Virus record (IMG/VR): IMGVR_UViG_3300027816_000051
Coordinates: 186,001 to 250,000 of that record
Strand: one strand, 5' to 3'
DNA length: 64,000 nt
Shown here: positions 61,119-64,000 of the stretch, piece after piece
How positions within the stretch are numbered: position 1 is the first letter of the stretch
Layout: every line of letters begins with the position of its first letter
Notes under the pieces: generated by a model
What the model saw: the letters and a program-made list of their open reading frames with translations, nothing else
Told to the model about the DNA's origin: nothing
The model's database searches: none
Translations under genes and position numbers: made by a program

Positions 61119-61913
61119 ATGAATTACACAACCTCAAACAGGTATGCTGTACCTCAATCTTTTATTACAAGAAGTAAACAAAGATTAAAACAGCACGTAG
61201 ACACCGTATACATGAATAACGGTGATGAGTTCGAAATCGAACTTTACAATCCCACACAAAATAAAGTTTTAGCTAAGATTGAACTGAATGGTAAATCCAT
61301 CGGTAATGGTATCATAGTTCGTCCTGGTGAAAGAGTTTTCCTCGAAAGGTACTTAGACGAAGCGAGAAAGTTTTTGTTTGAAACTTATGTTGTAAATGGG
61401 AATAATGAAGAAGTCCAAAAATCCATAGAGAATAATGGTGACGTTGTTGTCAGATTTTACGATGAAGTATCAACATACCCGTATTATGGTAGTATTCCCA
61501 CTTGGAATAGTAATTGGAATAATAGTGGAACCCTTAGTTATCCACCGGGTGTAAGAACCTTTACAACAAATAATATGAATTCTATTAGTTCTTCATCATC
61601 TAATTATTCATATGTGAATGATACCATCACCAGTAGTATTGATGTGAACCTTAACATTCCAAAATTAAAAAAGAGTAAAGAAAGACACATTGAAACTGGT
61701 AGAGTTGAGAAAGGTTCTGAGTCAAACCAAACTTTTGTTTATGACAACAGTAATTTTAACTCTTTTCCATGTAAAACAAATTGGTGGAAAATAAAACCAA
61801 ATTCAACCAAAGTGATGGTTCGGGAAGATTTAACTGTTTACTGTACTGAATGTGGCTCAAAAAGAAAAAAAGATTCTCATAAATTTTGTCCCCATTGCGG
61901 AACAAAATATTAA
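61119..61913 (+). CDS. Hypothetical protein with C-terminal zinc ribbon
   Basis: YCTECG..FCPHCG. Confidence 0.7.
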   Translation: MNYTTSNRYAVPQSFITRSKQRLKQHVDTVYMNNGDEFEIELYNPTQNKVLAKIELNGKSIGNGIIVRPGERVFLERYLDEARKFLFETYVVNGNNEEVQKSIENNGDVVVRFYDEVSTYPYYGSIPTWNSNWNNSGTLSYPPGVRTFTTNNMNSISSSSSNYSYVNDTITSSIDVNLNIPKLKKSKERHIETGRVEKGSESNQTFVYDNSNFNSFPCKTNWWKIKPNSTKVMVREDLTVYCTECGSKRKKDSHKFCPHCGTKY

Positions 61914-61936
61914 AATAAACTAATCACAAGGTCTAT

Positions 61937-61963
61937 GAAGGGGTTACAGGTTGTAACCCTTTC
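61937..61963. terminator. Hairpin between convergent genes
   Basis: gggttac-aggtt-gtaaccc core stem. Confidence 0.7.
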
Positions 61964-62257
61964 TTATTTAAAATCAACAGGTATTGATTTTATATCACTA
62001 ATCGTGATATTTTTTAAACCCAACGTACCGTGTGAAATTGGTGCGAATACACCTTGGGTATGTAGGAATTGAAAATAATAATATAGGTACGTTGGGTCAA
62101 TTTTGTTAAGGTATTCTTCTTTTACTTTAACACCAATGTTCTCTTCATAAAACTCCTTTGAGGGTTTACCGACACTTTGTTCGGAACCTTTTCTTTGTAA
62201 CCAAAAATCGGCTTCGGGAAAATTGGTTTTAAATATACATACATCTCCTATTCTCAT
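61964..62257 (-). CDS. Small protein resembling a type I R-M specificity (HsdS TRD) domain
   Basis: IGDV, RKGS..VGK, IDPTYLYYYF, GT..KNITISDIKSIPV. Confidence 0.5.
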   Translation of the reverse strand: MRIGDVCIFKTNFPEADFWLQRKGSEQSVGKPSKEFYEENIGVKVKEEYLNKIDPTYLYYYFQFLHTQGVFAPISHGTLGLKNITISDIKSIPVDFK

Positions 62258-63858
62258 AATTCTGAAAGTCTATCGTTTAAATAACTGTTGAAATCGTTAT
62301 CATCAATATCTGGTGACCATCTGTCGTCAATATAGAATCTTGGTTTTTCATAGTACTCACCTAGTAATTCATGAAAAACACATTGGGCATCATCGTCACA
62401 TTTTTCAAAAAACTCATCCATTTCATCTTCACCATAACCCATGTTATCTATTATGTTTTTTAAATTAATTCGTATGGTTGCACCTCTATCATTTAGACTT
62501 AAAACATCTCCGTAATCACTAAGTGCGTTTCGTAGTTGCTTCATTGCATAATCATAGTAAGATGAATTTGCGGAATCGGAAAACGCCGAACCTAATGCAC
62601 CTCGAACTTCATAGTTATCGTCATACTCTTCTATTAATTCATCTATAGACATGTTTGGTTCAAATTCTTCACCTGCTCTATCTCTAAGATAATCAATGAT
62701 TGTTCTTTTATTATCTTCGTCTGCATGGTATTCTAACGCAGATTTCCAATCATCATAATACCCATCAGTTAATTCCCATATATCACCTGATAATAAAGTC
62801 TCGATAAAACCTATTTTTTTTGTACGACCACTGGCATCTCTCGATTGTCTAATGGTCCAATCCCCCTCAACGTAATATGGAACAGAATCCGGTTCAATAT
62901 CCCAATCAAAAACCGTATCGGGTTCTTGAAAATCTTGGGTTATACCCATCTTCTGTAGTTTTCTTTTTAGTTTACGAGTGTTGAATATTTCAGGTTTAGA
63001 TTGATATATCTGTGTAATTTGTTCATCAGATAAATCGGCAATACTGAAATCATCACCACTATTGTATTCACTACCAAAACCTTTTACGATGTCTGTATTT
63101 AAAATTAAATCAACAACATAGGGATAAAATTCTGGTTTTGGTTTACTATTTTTAGGACCTTTTAATTGATAAACAATCCCATCCTCATCACCAATCGCGG
63201 CGGTTAAATGACTTTTGTTGACTGTGTAATTATCTTTAAGTTTTTTTGTTTCTCTTAACGAGAATATCGTGTTACTTGAATTTGTTCTACCACAGTGACC
63301 CATGCGGTTACATTCTTCTCTTGAATCATTCGTATTTAAATCCACCCAATAGAAACCAACACCGTCTTTATTTCTGTAGTCTTTTACGATGTCGTTTTTT
63401 TCAACATAATTAATATCTCCTTCTCCTGAAGTTAACTCTTGGTGCCACTTTCTTGATTCATTGTAAAGTTGACCAAAATTTAAGTTTTTATTATCACCCA
63501 AATTTCCGTTTAAACCAATGCGTATCCAGTCCATTATTGATACGATATTACTTCTCATACCTCTAACACCAGCACTTTTATTTATTGCGTCGATACCCAT
63601 TTTTCTTCTATACTCAGGGTCTTTTCTAAAAGTTTCTCTGGCTTGTTTTTCTTCATCTTCAGGTACCGCACTCATCATATGTTCTAATCTTTGTTGTGCG
63701 AATACATCGATTAATTTATTGGCTAATATGATTGATAACGGACCCCCCAATTCTTCTATTTGGTCAGCATTATCTTGACTCAAACCAAGTTTGTTTACCA
63801 ATATATCTTTCCTATTGGCTTCAAGAATTAATTGCTCAATTAAATTTATTGTCTTCAT
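62254..63858 (-). CDS. Large leader-bearing protein with PcfJ-like motif
   Basis: MKTINLIEQLILEA; SRKWH, EECNRMGHCG, IFSLR, QLKGPKNSKP. Confidence 0.5.
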   Translation of the reverse strand: MKTINLIEQLILEANRKDILVNKLGLSQDNADQIEELGGPLSIILANKLIDVFAQQRLEHMMSAVPEDEEKQARETFRKDPEYRRKMGIDAINKSAGVRGMRSNIVSIMDWIRIGLNGNLGDNKNLNFGQLYNESRKWHQELTSGEGDINYVEKNDIVKDYRNKDGVGFYWVDLNTNDSREECNRMGHCGRTNSSNTIFSLRETKKLKDNYTVNKSHLTAAIGDEDGIVYQLKGPKNSKPKPEFYPYVVDLILNTDIVKGFGSEYNSGDDFSIADLSDEQITQIYQSKPEIFNTRKLKRKLQKMGITQDFQEPDTVFDWDIEPDSVPYYVEGDWTIRQSRDASGRTKKIGFIETLLSGDIWELTDGYYDDWKSALEYHADEDNKRTIIDYLRDRAGEEFEPNMSIDELIEEYDDNYEVRGALGSAFSDSANSSYYDYAMKQLRNALSDYGDVLSLNDRGATIRINLKNIIDNMGYGEDEMDEFFEKCDDDAQCVFHELLGEYYEKPRFYIDDRWSPDIDDNDFNSYLNDRLSEL

Positions 63859-64000
63859 CTAAATCTCTTAAAAGAAAGAATACTTTCAAATAGTTTATAA
63901 TTAGTTCCGTAAGATGCTAAATTTTCCACCTTTACCGGCCCATCAAACCTTTCTCCCGTATTTTTATTATAGTAAGTTATATTAATACTTTCTTTTTCAC

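Noticed and set aside
61023-61936. IS or MITE terminal inverted repeats
   Set aside because: No transposase motifs in the enclosed ORF and no target-site duplication seen; the G-U compatible mismatch favours RNA pairing.
1-64000. Stop-codon recoding as in some large phages
   Set aside because: Recognisable genes are intact in code 11, and TAG and TGA end genes at sensible positions.
1-64000. tRNA or rRNA genes
   Set aside because: No cloverleaf with T-loop/D-loop consensus or rRNA-like sequence recognised by eye; tRNAscan-SE would confirm.

Overview
AT-rich, densely coding fragment of a large lytic dsDNA phage (inferred jumbo/huge-phage type) infecting a Bacteroidota host. The host call rests on many TTTG-N19-21-TAnnTTTG promoters and A-rich starts without Shine-Dalgarno sequences. 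There are three blocks. (i) 1-24 kb, mostly + strand: accessory and metabolic genes (SPFH, HAD phosphatase, DEDDh exonuclease, mgsA, GH73, aminotransferase, UvrD helicase, NUDIX, LpxH-like, GT2). (ii) 24.2-49.6 kb, all - strand: about 45 short, mostly unknown genes, most in promoter-gene-terminator cassettes. (iii) 50-64 kb: genes sharing a TATTTAT(A) upstream motif and an N-terminal leader ending in (I/L)xE, probably capsid-packaged proteins. The main unexplained signal is a 12-bp motif, GCCARHCWAAWT. I counted about 70 copies by hand, apparently confined to block ii. It is strongly oriented, helically phased (about 8, 18 or 29 bp) upstream of host-type promoters, and also sits inside genes and supplies stop codons. 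It forms inverted pairs around a second repeated motif and is flanked by GC-rich segments dense in palindromic, restriction-like sites. A small AP2-like/histone-like gene at the left edge is a candidate binder. All counts are manual; family names are from recalled motifs, not database searches.
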